Of a stretch of DNA of 49,898 bases, positions 30,301 to 40,877 are shown piece by piece. Under the pieces are notes generated by a model that did not search any database, had not been told where the DNA came from, and saw nothing but the letters and a program-made list of their open reading frames with translations. A program made the position numbers and the translations under genes. Origin of the DNA: Malassezia furfur (taxonomy: Eukaryota); the NCBI GenBank assembly GCA_052055015.1, contig JBQJIT010000029.1; one strand, 5' to 3'. Position 1 is the first letter of the stretch. Every line of letters starts with the position of its first letter.

Positions 30301-31954
30301 GTACAGCCGTGAGCTGCTGCTCCGCGTCGCAGTGCACTGCCGTGCGGTTGTGTGCTGCCGTGTGAGCCCGCTGCAAAAGGCGCTCATTGTGCGCCTCGTG
30401 CGCGACGGCCTGAAGGGCATCACACTCGCGATCGGTGATGGTGCGAACGACGTGTCGATGATCCAAGCGGCGCACGTCGGCGTCGGCGTCGCCGGTGAGG
30501 AGGGCCTGCAGGCGGTCAACTCGTCTGACTATGCCATCGGCCAGTTCCGCTTCTTGAAACGACTCGTGCTCGTGCACGGGCACTGGTCGTACTACCGGAA
30601 CAGCAAGATGATCAACCTCTTCTTCTACAAGCAGGTGATCCACGTTGGCACGCTGTTTTGGTTCCAGATCTACTGCGCGTGGAGCACGACGCAGGGCATG
30701 GACTACGTGTACCTGCTGCTCTACACGGCGATCTGGACCGTGGCACCCGTCGTGGGTGTCGGCCTGTTTGACCGCAACGTGTCGGACCGCGTGCTGATGG
30801 AGGTGCCGGAGCTGTATGCGCCGTCGCGCGAGGGAAAGTACTTTGGCCTGATCCGCTTTTTGCTGTACATGTTGGATGGACTGTACCAATCCGTGGTGCT
30901 TTTCTTCTTCTTCTTCTACATCTATGACACCACCTCGCCACGCAACGACGGCCTGAGCATCGACCTGTACGAGCCGTCCACCGGCATGGTCATGGCTACT
31001 GTCCTCGCCGCCAATCTGTATTGCGGCCTCGACACGCTCGCGTGGACGTGGTGGATCGTCTTTGCGGTGTTTATCGGACCGCTCCTCCTGTTCATCTTTG
31101 CGCCGATCTACGCCGCGTTCACGCCCAACGTGTTCTGGACGTATTCGTACGGCAACAACCATCTGCTCTACAACTCGCTGCAGTACTGGTTCGCGGGCAT
31201 TCTCACCGTCTTTTTGTGCCTGCTGCCGCGCATGCTGTACGAGTACGTGCGCATCATGGTCGCGCCCACCGACATTGACTTGGTGCGCATCATCGACTCG
31301 CGCGACCCGAACCACGACTACATCCACGACCCGCGCATGCCCGGCCTGCGTGCCGCGCAGGCCTACGAGCCCGAGGTTGAGATGGACGCCGACGCAACGA
31401 TGCGCTCGACGCAGGGCGACAGCTACCCTTTAATGCCCACGCAGAGTCGCTCGAGCAGCCGCCAGTACGACATGAGCACCGGCGAGGAGTCGCTGTACCG
31501 CGGCTACTCCTACGCGGCCTCCGACACCCCCTCGGAGAGGCCGCGTGGCACGCTGCGCAAGCTCGGCCGCCGGCTGCAGCCCAAGCACTGGCGCCGCAAG
31601 CGCCGTGCCCCCGAGAGGCTCGACCAGCCGTACACGCGCGCGCGCGACACGCAGCCGAGAGCGAGCGAGTCGCTGCACCGCGGCGCAAGCACGTCGCAGT
31701 CCGAAGCGTATCACGGGAAACGGGAATCGCTCAAGGACGACACGATGATGCACGACCACTCGCTCGTGGAGGAGCCCGTGAGCATTGCGCCCGTTCCCCC
31801 ACGGCAGTTCGCAAACGAAGAGGTGCCGCCGAGCGTCTCGGACACGTTCTTCTCTGTAATCGAACCGGAGACCTCGGCGTCGAGTCGCACCGCACCGGAT
31901 CCCTTTGACACACCTGGGATGCCCTCTGTCTACGAAACCCCCCGATTTATGTAG
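27346..31954 (+). CDS. DNF1: P4-ATPase phospholipid flippase (Dnf1/Dnf2-like); 2 exons
   Basis: KYTLYNF, DKTGTLT phosphorylation site, SPDEQALV, FSSARKRMS, TGDKLETA, GDGANDVSM and ten TM segments. 25-nt intron at 27656-27680; 1527 aa. Confidence 0.92.
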
Positions 31955-33410
31955 CAACACCATCTCGTTGTCCTCCCCGCAGCGCACGCCACCGGCTCCA
32001 TAGCGCATCGCCCTCGACGTACGCGCCCTTGAGCCAGCGGCCCACCTCGCCGGACGGCTCCGCCGCGTCCCAGTCAAACCCACGCCGCGCATGCAACACA
32101 CGCCGGTTGTCAAACACGACGCATTCGCCCTCCTCCAACGCGTGCGTGTACATCAGCTCAGGCGATAGCGTGCGCGAGGCAAACGCTTCGAATGCGCGGT
32201 AGAACGCCTCGCGCTCCCTGCGCGTACGCAGGCCAGGCGCGTGCAGTGGCAGCGGCGCCTGGAACGGCGGCGAGTAGTTCACCGCGACGATCCGTGGCAT
32301 GCCCGACGCGCCGTGCGACGGGCCCGAAAATGCCTCGGCATCGTGCGCAAGCTCAATGGTGGGGTGCGTGTAGTAGTAGTGCTCGCCTGCATTCTCGTAG
32401 TGGAACGCGACGGGCGTCGAGGCCAGGATGTCGAACGCCTCACGGTCCTCGAGCCAGAGTTGCTCGGCGACGCGGAAACTGTCCACAAACATGCTCTCCC
32501 CGCCCTGCACGCGCTTGCGCAGCATATGCAGCAGCTGGAAACGCGGCGGGTTCTGGAAGTAGCACAGATCCATATGCAGGCCCAGGTCGACGTTGGTGTA
32601 CGCAATGTTGCGCGACGACGCGATAGACTGCACGTCCCACAGCGTCCCGTAGAAGGTGTGACGCAACTCGCCGATCCGCTCCGCCAACGCTGCAACCAGC
32701 GCACGGTTCGGGCCAAGCTCGCTGCCGGTGGGGTGCGTCGGCAAGTCGTGCACAAACGTGAAGCCGTCGCGCAGCAGCGCCGTTAGCATGCGCAACAGGC
32801 TTTCATTGCTTGTCCTGACCTCATCCCAGGCGACCGTCTCAGGACGCCGGCGCGCACGCAGCATCGCCGCATCCCAGTATTGGCCGAGCGTCAGCAAATC
32901 CCCATGGTGCGCCCGGTACCGCTCGGGGTGCATCTGCCGCGCCAGGTACGATAGTGGGAACCGCGACTCGTGTGCCGTCGCCTCGGGCACTGAAGCGGGC
33001 GACACAAGCCGCGTGAATGCATTCTCCACGGCATGCTCACGCGCAAAGCGTACCACCAGCTCCGGCTCGGAGGTGTGCACGAGCTCGACGGGACGTGGAA
33101 CTCGGTCGAGCAGCTGCGACGCATCCTCCAGGAGCGGGATATCGCTCGTGTGGAACAGCTTTTGTTGCGACGACGCTTGGATGCTCGTCGGTGCGCGGCA
33201 CGCGTCGCGCAGCCAGACGTAGTCAAGCTCGTACGGCTCAGTAAGGCCGTACGACGGCGCATGCACCTGCACGCCCTGCTGCCCGACATCCACCGTAATG
33301 CCAGCGTCCCCATCACGCAGGGTATACGCGTGGAACAGGCGCAGGCGCGGCGCCCGGCATGGCACCCCATCGCACGGAAGCCGGCGTGCCTGGACGCGGA
33401 ACCACGACAT
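31947..33410 (-). CDS. Fe(II)/2-oxoglutarate dioxygenase, gamma-butyrobetaine/trimethyllysine hydroxylase (Aim17-like), likely mitochondrial
   Basis: WLRDACR, TFYGTLWDV, NIAYT, facial triad HMD...DNRRVLHAR, RWLKGAY and an Arg-rich N-terminus. Confidence 0.85.
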   Translation of the reverse strand: MSWFRVQARRLPCDGVPCRAPRLRLFHAYTLRDGDAGITVDVGQQGVQVHAPSYGLTEPYELDYVWLRDACRAPTSIQASSQQKLFHTSDIPLLEDASQLLDRVPRPVELVHTSEPELVVRFAREHAVENAFTRLVSPASVPEATAHESRFPLSYLARQMHPERYRAHHGDLLTLGQYWDAAMLRARRRPETVAWDEVRTSNESLLRMLTALLRDGFTFVHDLPTHPTGSELGPNRALVAALAERIGELRHTFYGTLWDVQSIASSRNIAYTNVDLGLHMDLCYFQNPPRFQLLHMLRKRVQGGESMFVDSFRVAEQLWLEDREAFDILASTPVAFHYENAGEHYYYTHPTIELAHDAEAFSGPSHGASGMPRIVAVNYSPPFQAPLPLHAPGLRTRREREAFYRAFEAFASRTLSPELMYTHALEEGECVVFDNRRVLHARRGFDWDAAEPSGEVGRWLKGAYVEGDALWSRWRALRGGQRDGVAT

Positions 33411-33451
33411 GGAGTTAAGATGCCACGTGGAACGCACAGACACCGTACGCC

Positions 33452-34189
33452 ATGCTCGGGTTCTTGGCATGGCTGCGGGGGACACGGGTGGACGACGTCG
33501 CCGCACTCGCACGCGAAGCGCGTATACCTAACGACACCAACGATGCGCCACCAACCGTACTCAATGACGTGCCGCCGGATGACCAGGCCCCCGACACCCC
33601 CACACACGTATGGGACCGCGACCCCCACGCAGCGCTACAGGTGCAGCGCTATCGCGAGCTGCAGTACGTGCTCTCGGAAAAAGGCATGCCGCCCGAGCTC
33701 GTACGGCACATCTTGCTGCTGGCCGACGAGGCGCGTATGCTGAGCGTGACGCGCGCCGAGACCATGGTGTACACGGATGACGCCAACGAGTGCTACCTGC
33801 GTACCCCACCGATTCCGTCCAAGCTGCGGCACCACTTTCTTCGGCGTATCGTGGTCGACATCGATAGTCACGATCAGGGATGGAGTGGCGAGCGCAATCG
33901 CAGCTGGCTCGGGACCTACCAGGGTAGCTACACATGGTGGGAGCTTACGCTCGAGCGCCGCAACGAGCAGGGTGAGTGGGAGGAGGTGCACCGCACACAC
34001 CTCACGCACAACATTCATGCCTCGCGGGAGTTTCGTCGACACACACTCGAGTTCCACGTGGATGACTCAATCGCCTTGGATGCTCAACCGGACGATCGGC
34101 TGTGTGTATATGCACGCACGCAATTTGCCGCGTGGGTCAACATTGTACGCTACGCACGGATTAGCATATGGCTCGACTGGGACGCGTAG
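33452..34189 (+). CDS. Conserved fungal hypothetical protein (245 aa)
   Basis: F-box-like MPPELVRHILLLA followed by SHDQGWS...GSYTWWE...HNIHA...ARTQFAAWVN, a pattern I recognise from uncharacterised fungal proteins. Confidence 0.7.
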   Translation: MLGFLAWLRGTRVDDVAALAREARIPNDTNDAPPTVLNDVPPDDQAPDTPTHVWDRDPHAALQVQRYRELQYVLSEKGMPPELVRHILLLADEARMLSVTRAETMVYTDDANECYLRTPPIPSKLRHHFLRRIVVDIDSHDQGWSGERNRSWLGTYQGSYTWWELTLERRNEQGEWEEVHRTHLTHNIHASREFRRHTLEFHVDDSIALDAQPDDRLCVYARTQFAAWVNIVRYARISIWLDWDA

Positions 34190-35123
34190 GCGTTCCGCGG
34201 ATCACCAACGGCACAAATGCTGTGTAAGTACGACACGTACCCCCGACTGCCGGCGCGCCGGGCGCATGGTGCACAATCTCAAAGATGCGCTGCATCACAC
34301 CCCCATGACATGTCACGCTCAGGACTAGATGAGTGCATGGGCGTACCTTTAGCGTCGCGTCCAATGCCCTCCCAAATCGACTCGAGCACGCGGTGCACAC
34401 GCACACGCATTTCGTCGTCCGACTCGCGCGCGGGCTGCGTTAGGCGTTGCGTCGACGCACGGTCCACATCTCGTCCGCCTCCACGAAGCGGTCCGCGAAG
34501 ACGACGTGCATGGGCGCCGTTTGCGCGATCTGCGACCGCGTCCGGCGTTGGTCACATGCATTCTTTCCACACACCTCCCGCAGGTCTTCGTAGATGTACA
34601 AGGTGGACGGCGCGGTATCGATGGCGTCCCAGGTGAGCGCAGCGGTGTCCAAGCTGCGCTGCAGCGGACTGGAGCACAGCACTGTCGGCACCGGCGGTGG
34701 ATCCGGCCCGGCGATTGCCGCGCGCCATGACTCGTAAACCTCCGTTGCCTGGGCACGTCCGAGTGGCGTGAGCGCAGGGTCTGGGCCCCATGTGAGAGTG
34801 CCGTCGCCGTAGCGCATGGCATGGTGCGACTCCCATGCCGCGCTTCCGTACTGCGTTAGCAAGGCACATGCCTTTTCTTCCGCAAGGTCTACATGAGTGG
34901 GTGACGTACTGTGATAGCCTTGCCCGTGCCGCGCAAGGTACACGAGCTTGCATGAGGCATGCTCGTTGCTCGCCGCGTCGATCACGCGCTCAAGATCGGC
35001 CCACGACGATGCCTGCAAGCCAAAGCGCGGAAGCAGCGCTGGCCATGGGCCCGGCTGGTCGTACGCAAAGTATGGTAGGGTCTAGGTTAGCACACGACGC
35101 ACATCAAATGCAATCGACGGCAT
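34161..35123 (-). CDS. PMU1: Histidine phosphatase/phosphoglycerate mutase-like (Pmu1 family); 7 exons
   Basis: The spliced product restores ARHGQGYHNLAEEKYG, DPALTPLG, SSPLQRSLDT and VTCHGGVM. Introns at 35082-35102, 34889-34909, 34851-34871, 34435-34460, 34325-34346 and 34220-34240 (21, 21, 21, 26, 22, 21 nt); 276 aa. Confidence 0.85.
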
Positions 35124-35204
35124 AATGATCTGTGTGCCTGCCCAGGCTGTCCCGCACACGCGGTGCCCTATTCAGGTGGAGTGCCGCTGTCAAGCTACGA
35201 ACAT

Positions 35205-36570
35205 TTAGAAGCCCTTCTCCCTGGCGGTGAGGTTGAAGATGGTGTTCAGCTGGATGTTGCTGGTGCCCTCGTAGATGGCACCAATCTTGCTGTCGCGCCA
35301 GTACTTTTCGATACCCTGCTCGCGCGTGAAGCCCTGACCACCGGCCCACTCGATCGCCGAGCCGGCCGCACGCTGGGCAACCTGCGACGAGAAGAGCTTG
35401 GCCATGGCCGCCTCCTTGGTGAATGAGCGGCCCTCCTCCTTGCGGCGCGCCGCGTTGTACACCATGTTGCGTGCCGCCTCGATCTCGGTGGCAATCTGCG
35501 CAATCTGGAACTGCATGCCCTGGAACTTGGCGATCGGCTTGCCGAACTGCTCACGCTCAAACGTGTATTGCATGCCGCGGTCAAACGCACCCTGGGCCAG
35601 ACCGACCATCTGCGCGCCGATACCCACACGGCCCTCGTTGAGGATCTCGATGGCAATCTTGTAGCCCTTGCCCTCCTCGCCGATGAGGTTCTCAACGGGC
35701 ACCTTGACCTCGTCAAAGTTGACAGTGCAGGTGCTGCTAGCACGGATACCGAGCTTGCGCTCCTTCTTGGCGATCTCGACGCCCATGTCCTTAGTCACAG
35801 CAAAGGCCGAGATACCCTTGTAGCCCTTCGAGGCATCACCCTGCGCAAACACGATGAAGAACTCGGCCTCAGCGCTGTTGGTGATCCACATCTTCGAGCC
35901 GTTGATGATGTAGTGCTTGCCGTCGTCCGACTTCTTCACCGAGGTCTTCATGGCGAAGGCATCAGAGCCCGAGGCGGGCTCCGACAGGCAGAAGCTACCG
36001 AGCATGCCCGACGAGAGCTGGGGCATGTACTTTTGCTTGAGCTCATCGTTGGCGTACTTGCGCAGCACGGTGTTGACCAGCGTCTGAGGTCAGTGGGGGG
36101 CAAATACGTACGTTGTGCACATCACACAGCACCGACACAGACGGGTCGATCTTGGCGAGCTCCTCGATCACAATGATCGCCGACATGAAGCTGCAGCCCG
36201 CACCGCCGAGCTCGGGGTCGGTCTCGATAGCCATGAGGCCCTGCTCGAAGAGGCCCTTGATGATCGCGGGGTCCATCTTCTCGGCCTCATCCATCGCCTC
36301 AACGCGCGGCTTCACCTCGTTCTCGGCAAAGCGACGCACCGTCTCACGGAGCATCTCCTCCTCCTCCGTGAACTTCGCAAGCGAGTTCACGCCAAAGGGG
36401 CTCTCGTACTCCTCGGCGCGGTTCGCCGACGACGTGAAGGTGCGCGACGCGGAACGCGCAGCACCAGCCTGCGGCACACGCAGCACCGTGTGCACGGCAG
36501 GAACAGAGCGCGACGTGCGCAGCGCAGCGCGCACAGCGGGGGAGTGGCGAAGAACAGAACGCATCGACAT
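35205..36570 (-). CDS. ACADSB: Mitochondrial short/branched-chain acyl-CoA dehydrogenase; 2 exons
   Basis: Presequence, DVHN|TLVN, FCLSEPASGSDAF, GSKMWITN, LNEGRVGI and IYEGTSNIQ. 28-nt intron at 36084-36111. Confidence 0.92.
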
Positions 36571-36705
36571 GGTGGACGAGGGAATTTGGACGGCGCACCT
36601 TCGCACTGGAGACCGGCCACGCTGCCCCACATTGCACTCCACTCCGATTGGCTACACTGACCAGCCGGAATTGCCGGCCGCGGGGTACAGCCTATGACAG
36701 TACGG

Positions 36706-39696
36706 TTAAGAAAGGTCGCTGCGGTGGTGCGGCTGGATGCCCATCCGCTCGTTGTATCGGTCGATCTCCCACTGGGCCAAGCCGTCGGGGCCATTCCAAT
36801 TGGCCGAGCTCGTACGCTTGCGCACGCGACGGCGGTCACCCTTTCGCGGCGGCAGCATGGTATCGAGGGGCACAGGGCCCAGCTGGAACCCAAAGATCTC
36901 ATCGGGGTCCACCGTAGACTGCTGTAGCAACAAGTCCTCCAACTCGCGCCCACGCGTCCACGACGGCTCCAGCTTGCGCTTCTTGATCGATGCCTCGTCT
37001 TCCGAGTCCGAATACTCGCTCTGGACATCGGGTAGCTCCTCGGTGCTCGCGTTATCCGCCGGCTCTGTCATTGCCGGCTGCTGCTGGAACACGTTGGTGG
37101 TGCTCAGCGTGGACGAGCGCGGCGCCTCGCCCGCCTTGGACCACGTCCGCGTCGCGCCTGTCAGCGGACGCACCGGCGCACGCACCGTACTGCTCGCGAC
37201 CTTTGCCGGCGGTAGCGCCGTCGTCGTCAGTTTGCTCTTGAGCGCCGACTCCGTCGAGACCCGCTCGTCGTGGCTCGGCAGCTCGCGCACAGGCTGCTGC
37301 GACACCTTGCGCCGCTTGCCCTCCGCATCGTACGTGTACGTGGGCGCCGTCGTTGACACACGTCCCGGCGGCGCACGTACCTGCGACGGCCGCCCAGGCG
37401 GCGGAACGCGCGACGGCGGACGCACTGATGCCACCGTCACGGGGCGCGTCTGCAACGAAGGGCGTGACGCTGGCGAGGGTTTGGGCGTGGGCCGTGCGGG
37501 TGCGAGCACCTTGCGCTGCACGGGCCGTGCGGATGCAGCGCTTGCCTCCTTGGCGCGTGGCGGCTCGGCAAACGAGCCCGGCATCCCAATCGCGGCCTGC
37601 ACCTGGCGTTCTTCGAGCTCGTCTAGCTCGTCATGGAAGCCAAGCGCAGTATGCACTTCGCGTGCGGGTGACGAAGGTGCTGTCGTACGCGTCGGCGACG
37701 TGGCCAGCGCACTCGCCGGGCGCGCCGGTTTTGGCGGCGCCTGGAAACCGAGCAGGCCCTGAATCCGCGAACGCAGACTCGACGGCACAGGCTCGTGCTC
37801 CGCTGCACCCGGTGTCACAGTCAATTTGGGCGACGCGGGGCGCGGCACCGTGTGCGTAAGCGGCGCAGCACGCGACGATGGGCCCGACCTGGCAGTAGTG
37901 TGCTGCGACGAGGCCACCGTCGCACGGAAAGGCGAGATGCGATCGTCGCGCAGCTTGCCCGGCGAGCGCGGTGCGGTGCGGTTCGGCGTCGTGGGCTGCG
38001 TCGCGGCGAGATGCGGCGCTTTGCCGTGCACACGGAATGGCGAGGTATGCAGGGGCCGCGCCGGCGATGGCGTCGTCCGGCTCGACGGCGCACCGGCACC
38101 GACGCGGCTCGGCGAGCGTGGCAGCTGCGTGTGTCCTGGCGAGCGCGCCGTGTCGGCGCGCGATAGTGGCCGAGGGCCTTCTGCGCGCGTCAGAGGGCGA
38201 TCTAGGCGCGAGGGTGTACGATCCAGCCGCGATCCTGGGCGCTCGGCCCGCGACGGCGAGCGCAGCGCGAGGGGTATGCGGCTTGGCGTTGCCGCAGCAC
38301 GCGGCGGTGTTGCCGCATCGCGTGTCGCTGGGCGCGGCTCGGCTTTGGGTGGCGTTGAGGGACGCTTGGACGCCGCCTCTTCCGCCGCGCGTGGCTCGCG
38401 GGTGGGGGCGGCCGGGCGCGCGCGGTTCTCTTCGGCAGGTGCCACATCATGGACATTGGCCACCTCCTCGCCCACCTTGGCCTTGGCACTGTCAGTGGCA
38501 CGCATTGTGCTTGCCCGGCGTGGATCGGCGGGGCGATTGGCGAGCGTCGTGGGAAGCAGGGGGAGGGGGGGCGCCGCCGTGGTGCTCGTGCGCCGCACGC
38601 TCTCAAGGCGCGTGCGCAGGGCATCGAGGGGGCCGCTGGTCGTGTGCGGTACAGCAGACGCTGGCTCGACTTTGGTATCCGTGGTATCTTTGTCCCCGGC
38701 GCGCTCGACGTGCGCCGCCGACGTGGGCGCCCCATGCTCCCCGTGGCTATCGTCAAACGGACTTGATTCGAGCGCGCTTTCGTCGGGGTCGGTACGTGTA
38801 CCGCCGTTACGTTCCTCAATGGCCTTGCGCAAGCTCTTGTTCAGGAAACTCGAGCGGAAGCGATTGGCCGGTGTTTTGGACGGCGGTGCAGCGGTGTGCG
38901 CGGGCGGCGCCGCGGGCGGTGCGGCCTCGGCGGGTTTCTTGGTGCTACGCAGCACTGCCGAGCTGAGCGTCCGCTTCGTGCGCAGACCCGTGCCCGGCGT
39001 CGTGCTCAGCAGCGACGCCAACCGGTCAGGGCTCTTCGCAAAGTGGGCCGACTTGACCGGCGCAGGCTCTACGCCCAGAGCGTCGTCCCGCCGCGGCTGC
39101 GACTCATCCACTTGCCCAGCACTCGGCGCCAAAAGCTGGTCGGCGTGCGATGACCGTGGCTGTGTGAGTTGTGTGCGCGACGTGAGGAGCATTTCGTCAT
39201 CCGACTGGGATACGTCGGCATCGGCCGATGCGCGCGGCGCAGGGCGCAACGACGGCGACGGCGACGGTGACAGCGACGGCGGCGCAGTTGGACGCACACC
39301 TTCGGGCTTCGGCGCAGCAGGCGTACCCTGTCCGGGACGCTTGCGTGGAGACTTGACGACGTCGGCGACGATGCGGGGCAAGGTGTCCTGCTGGGTCCTG
39401 GCATCAGCACAGCGCACGTACCGCATCCGCGCACAAAACTCGTCCACGTTCTCGTTTGTCTGCTGCCAAAACTCGGCCATCTTTTCGTCCGCCTCGTTCT
39501 CCCACGGCGTCAGGTCCACGTCAAACTCCATCTGTTTGGCGAGCTGCAGGAGCTGTGACTGCGCGATAATGTACGCATTCTGCATTACCTGACGATGCCA
39601 TGCCGCATGGACATCACCGCCACGGCTCTCGGCCGCTTTGGCGGCTGGCCGATGCGCCAACGCAGCGCGTCCCGCACCTTTTCTGCGCGGGGCCAT
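36706..39696 (-). CDS. INCENP: Inner centromere protein INCENP (Sli15/Pic1), chromosomal passenger complex
   Basis: C-terminal IN-box ELPDVQSEYSDSEDE...PSW...DPDEIFG...RKRTSSANW after a long S/T-P-rich disordered region. Probable in-frame 24-nt intron at 39398-39421. Confidence 0.85.
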   Translation of the reverse strand: MAPRRKGAGRAALAHRPAAKAAESRGGDVHAAWHRQVMQNAYIIAQSQLLQLAKQMEFDVDLTPWENEADEKMAEFWQQTNENVDEFCARMRYVRCADARTQQDTLPRIVADVVKSPRKRPGQGTPAAPKPEGVRPTAPPSLSPSPSPSLRPAPRASADADVSQSDDEMLLTSRTQLTQPRSSHADQLLAPSAGQVDESQPRRDDALGVEPAPVKSAHFAKSPDRLASLLSTTPGTGLRTKRTLSSAVLRSTKKPAEAAPPAAPPAHTAAPPSKTPANRFRSSFLNKSLRKAIEERNGGTRTDPDESALESSPFDDSHGEHGAPTSAAHVERAGDKDTTDTKVEPASAVPHTTSGPLDALRTRLESVRRTSTTAAPPLPLLPTTLANRPADPRRASTMRATDSAKAKVGEEVANVHDVAPAEENRARPAAPTREPRAAEEAASKRPSTPPKAEPRPATRDAATPPRAAATPSRIPLALRSPSRAERPGSRLDRTPSRLDRPLTRAEGPRPLSRADTARSPGHTQLPRSPSRVGAGAPSSRTTPSPARPLHTSPFRVHGKAPHLAATQPTTPNRTAPRSPGKLRDDRISPFRATVASSQHTTARSGPSSRAAPLTHTVPRPASPKLTVTPGAAEHEPVPSSLRSRIQGLLGFQAPPKPARPASALATSPTRTTAPSSPAREVHTALGFHDELDELEERQVQAAIGMPGSFAEPPRAKEASAASARPVQRKVLAPARPTPKPSPASRPSLQTRPVTVASVRPPSRVPPPGRPSQVRAPPGRVSTTAPTYTYDAEGKRRKVSQQPVRELPSHDERVSTESALKSKLTTTALPPAKVASSTVRAPVRPLTGATRTWSKAGEAPRSSTLSTTNVFQQQPAMTEPADNASTEELPDVQSEYSDSEDEASIKKRKLEPSWTRGRELEDLLLQQSTVDPDEIFGFQLGPVPLDTMLPPRKGDRRRVRKRTSSANWNGPDGLAQWEIDRYNERMGIQPHHRSDLS

Positions 39697-39750
39697 CGTC
39701 GCGGGGGACAATGCACGCCGCCCGTGTGTGTTTTGGCGCGTCGTGTCGGC

Positions 39751-39760
39751 GTCACGTGAC
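39751..39760. promoter_or_regulatory. Palindromic E-box GTCACGTGAC in the 80-nt INCENP/VAM7 divergent promoter
   Basis: Perfect 10-bp palindrome matching the Cbf1/bHLH consensus RTCACGTG on both strands. Confidence 0.6.
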
Positions 39761-39776
39761 CTTACCTGCCACCGCC

Positions 39777-40571
39777 ATGGCGGCGCCGCCGATTCAGCGC
39801 GTGCAGATCGCGTCGTTCGAGCAGCGCGCCGAGCCGGCGCCGCATGTGGCGTACGTGATACGCGTAGGGATGGCAGGAGAGTCCTGGGAGGTGCAGCGGC
39901 GGTACTCAGAGTTTGCCGCGCTGCACGCCGCCATTTCGCCGCCAGCACCGCCAGCACCGCTGCCGCCCAAGAACCTGGCGGCACACTCACTACGCCTCTT
40001 GCGTGGTATCGGTGGGCTGTTTGGCGCATCCACAGATCAGCAGGGCATGGATGAGGCCGCTATCGAGGAGCGCCGCGCAGGCCTTGAGCTGTACCTGCGC
40101 GCGATTGTGTCGGCCCGCGATGACCAGTGGCGTGTACATCCCGCGTTCCTCGAATTCCTGCAGGTGCCCATTCCCGAGGAATCTAATGCCAACGCGCCTG
40201 CCGCCCAGGCGGCTGCAACGCAGGCGGCCACCGCCGTGCGCAGCGACCCCACAAAACCATCGCGTCCCTTTCTACCCGATCCAGCTACGTTGCGGCCATG
40301 GAATGCCAAGAAGCCTGCTGTGGAAACCAACGTGACGCGACCCCTCTCGGATGCGCAGTTGCTACAGCACCAGACCGATACCCAAATGCGTGCGCAAGAC
40401 GCCCAAGCGGAGCAGTTGGCCAAGATTTTAGCGCGCCAAAAACAGTTGGGCCTGGCGATTCACGACGAGCTCAACGAGCAGACCGAGCTCCTGCATCACC
40501 TGACGACCGATGTCCAGAATACCCGCACCCGCATGGACCAAGCGCAGACACGCATGGCGCGGTTGGAATAA
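39777..40571 (+). CDS. VAM7: Vacuolar PX-domain Qc-SNARE
   Basis: PX domain (RRYSEF, PLPPK, ERRAGLELYL) plus a C-terminal SNARE motif (QD...LAKILARQKQLGLAIHDELNEQ). No TM segment. Confidence 0.9.
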   Translation: MAAPPIQRVQIASFEQRAEPAPHVAYVIRVGMAGESWEVQRRYSEFAALHAAISPPAPPAPLPPKNLAAHSLRLLRGIGGLFGASTDQQGMDEAAIEERRAGLELYLRAIVSARDDQWRVHPAFLEFLQVPIPEESNANAPAAQAAATQAATAVRSDPTKPSRPFLPDPATLRPWNAKKPAVETNVTRPLSDAQLLQHQTDTQMRAQDAQAEQLAKILARQKQLGLAIHDELNEQTELLHHLTTDVQNTRTRMDQAQTRMARLE

Positions 40572-40877
40572 AGGGCATTGCCGTAGAGCGAATTCCACGT
40601 GGCTTTAGTTGGATTGCATGCATGCCCGTGGAGCATTTGACCCCGATGGTGCTAGGCATTCGACGCAGGTACCCGATCCACCCTCCAATCACCGCCCGTA
40701 CAGATTTCCCGGGCGGACAAAAGACGTGGGCGACATCGCTGCGGCGCGACGAGCGAGTGTGGGGATAATATGCTCAGAACGTCGGTCTTCGATTTCCACG
40801 TGACTGGGCGCGAGCGGCCCTCTTGAGATCGTCACCGCGCCTCGATTGTTGCACGTCACCACTGCGGGTTCGACAGA

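Noticed and set aside
27346..36570. Possible lipid/carnitine metabolic gene cluster (flippase, dioxygenase, acyl-CoA dehydrogenase)
   Set aside because: Unrelated genes are interspersed and there is no pathway-specific regulator or backbone enzyme. Adjacency is expected in a compact genome.
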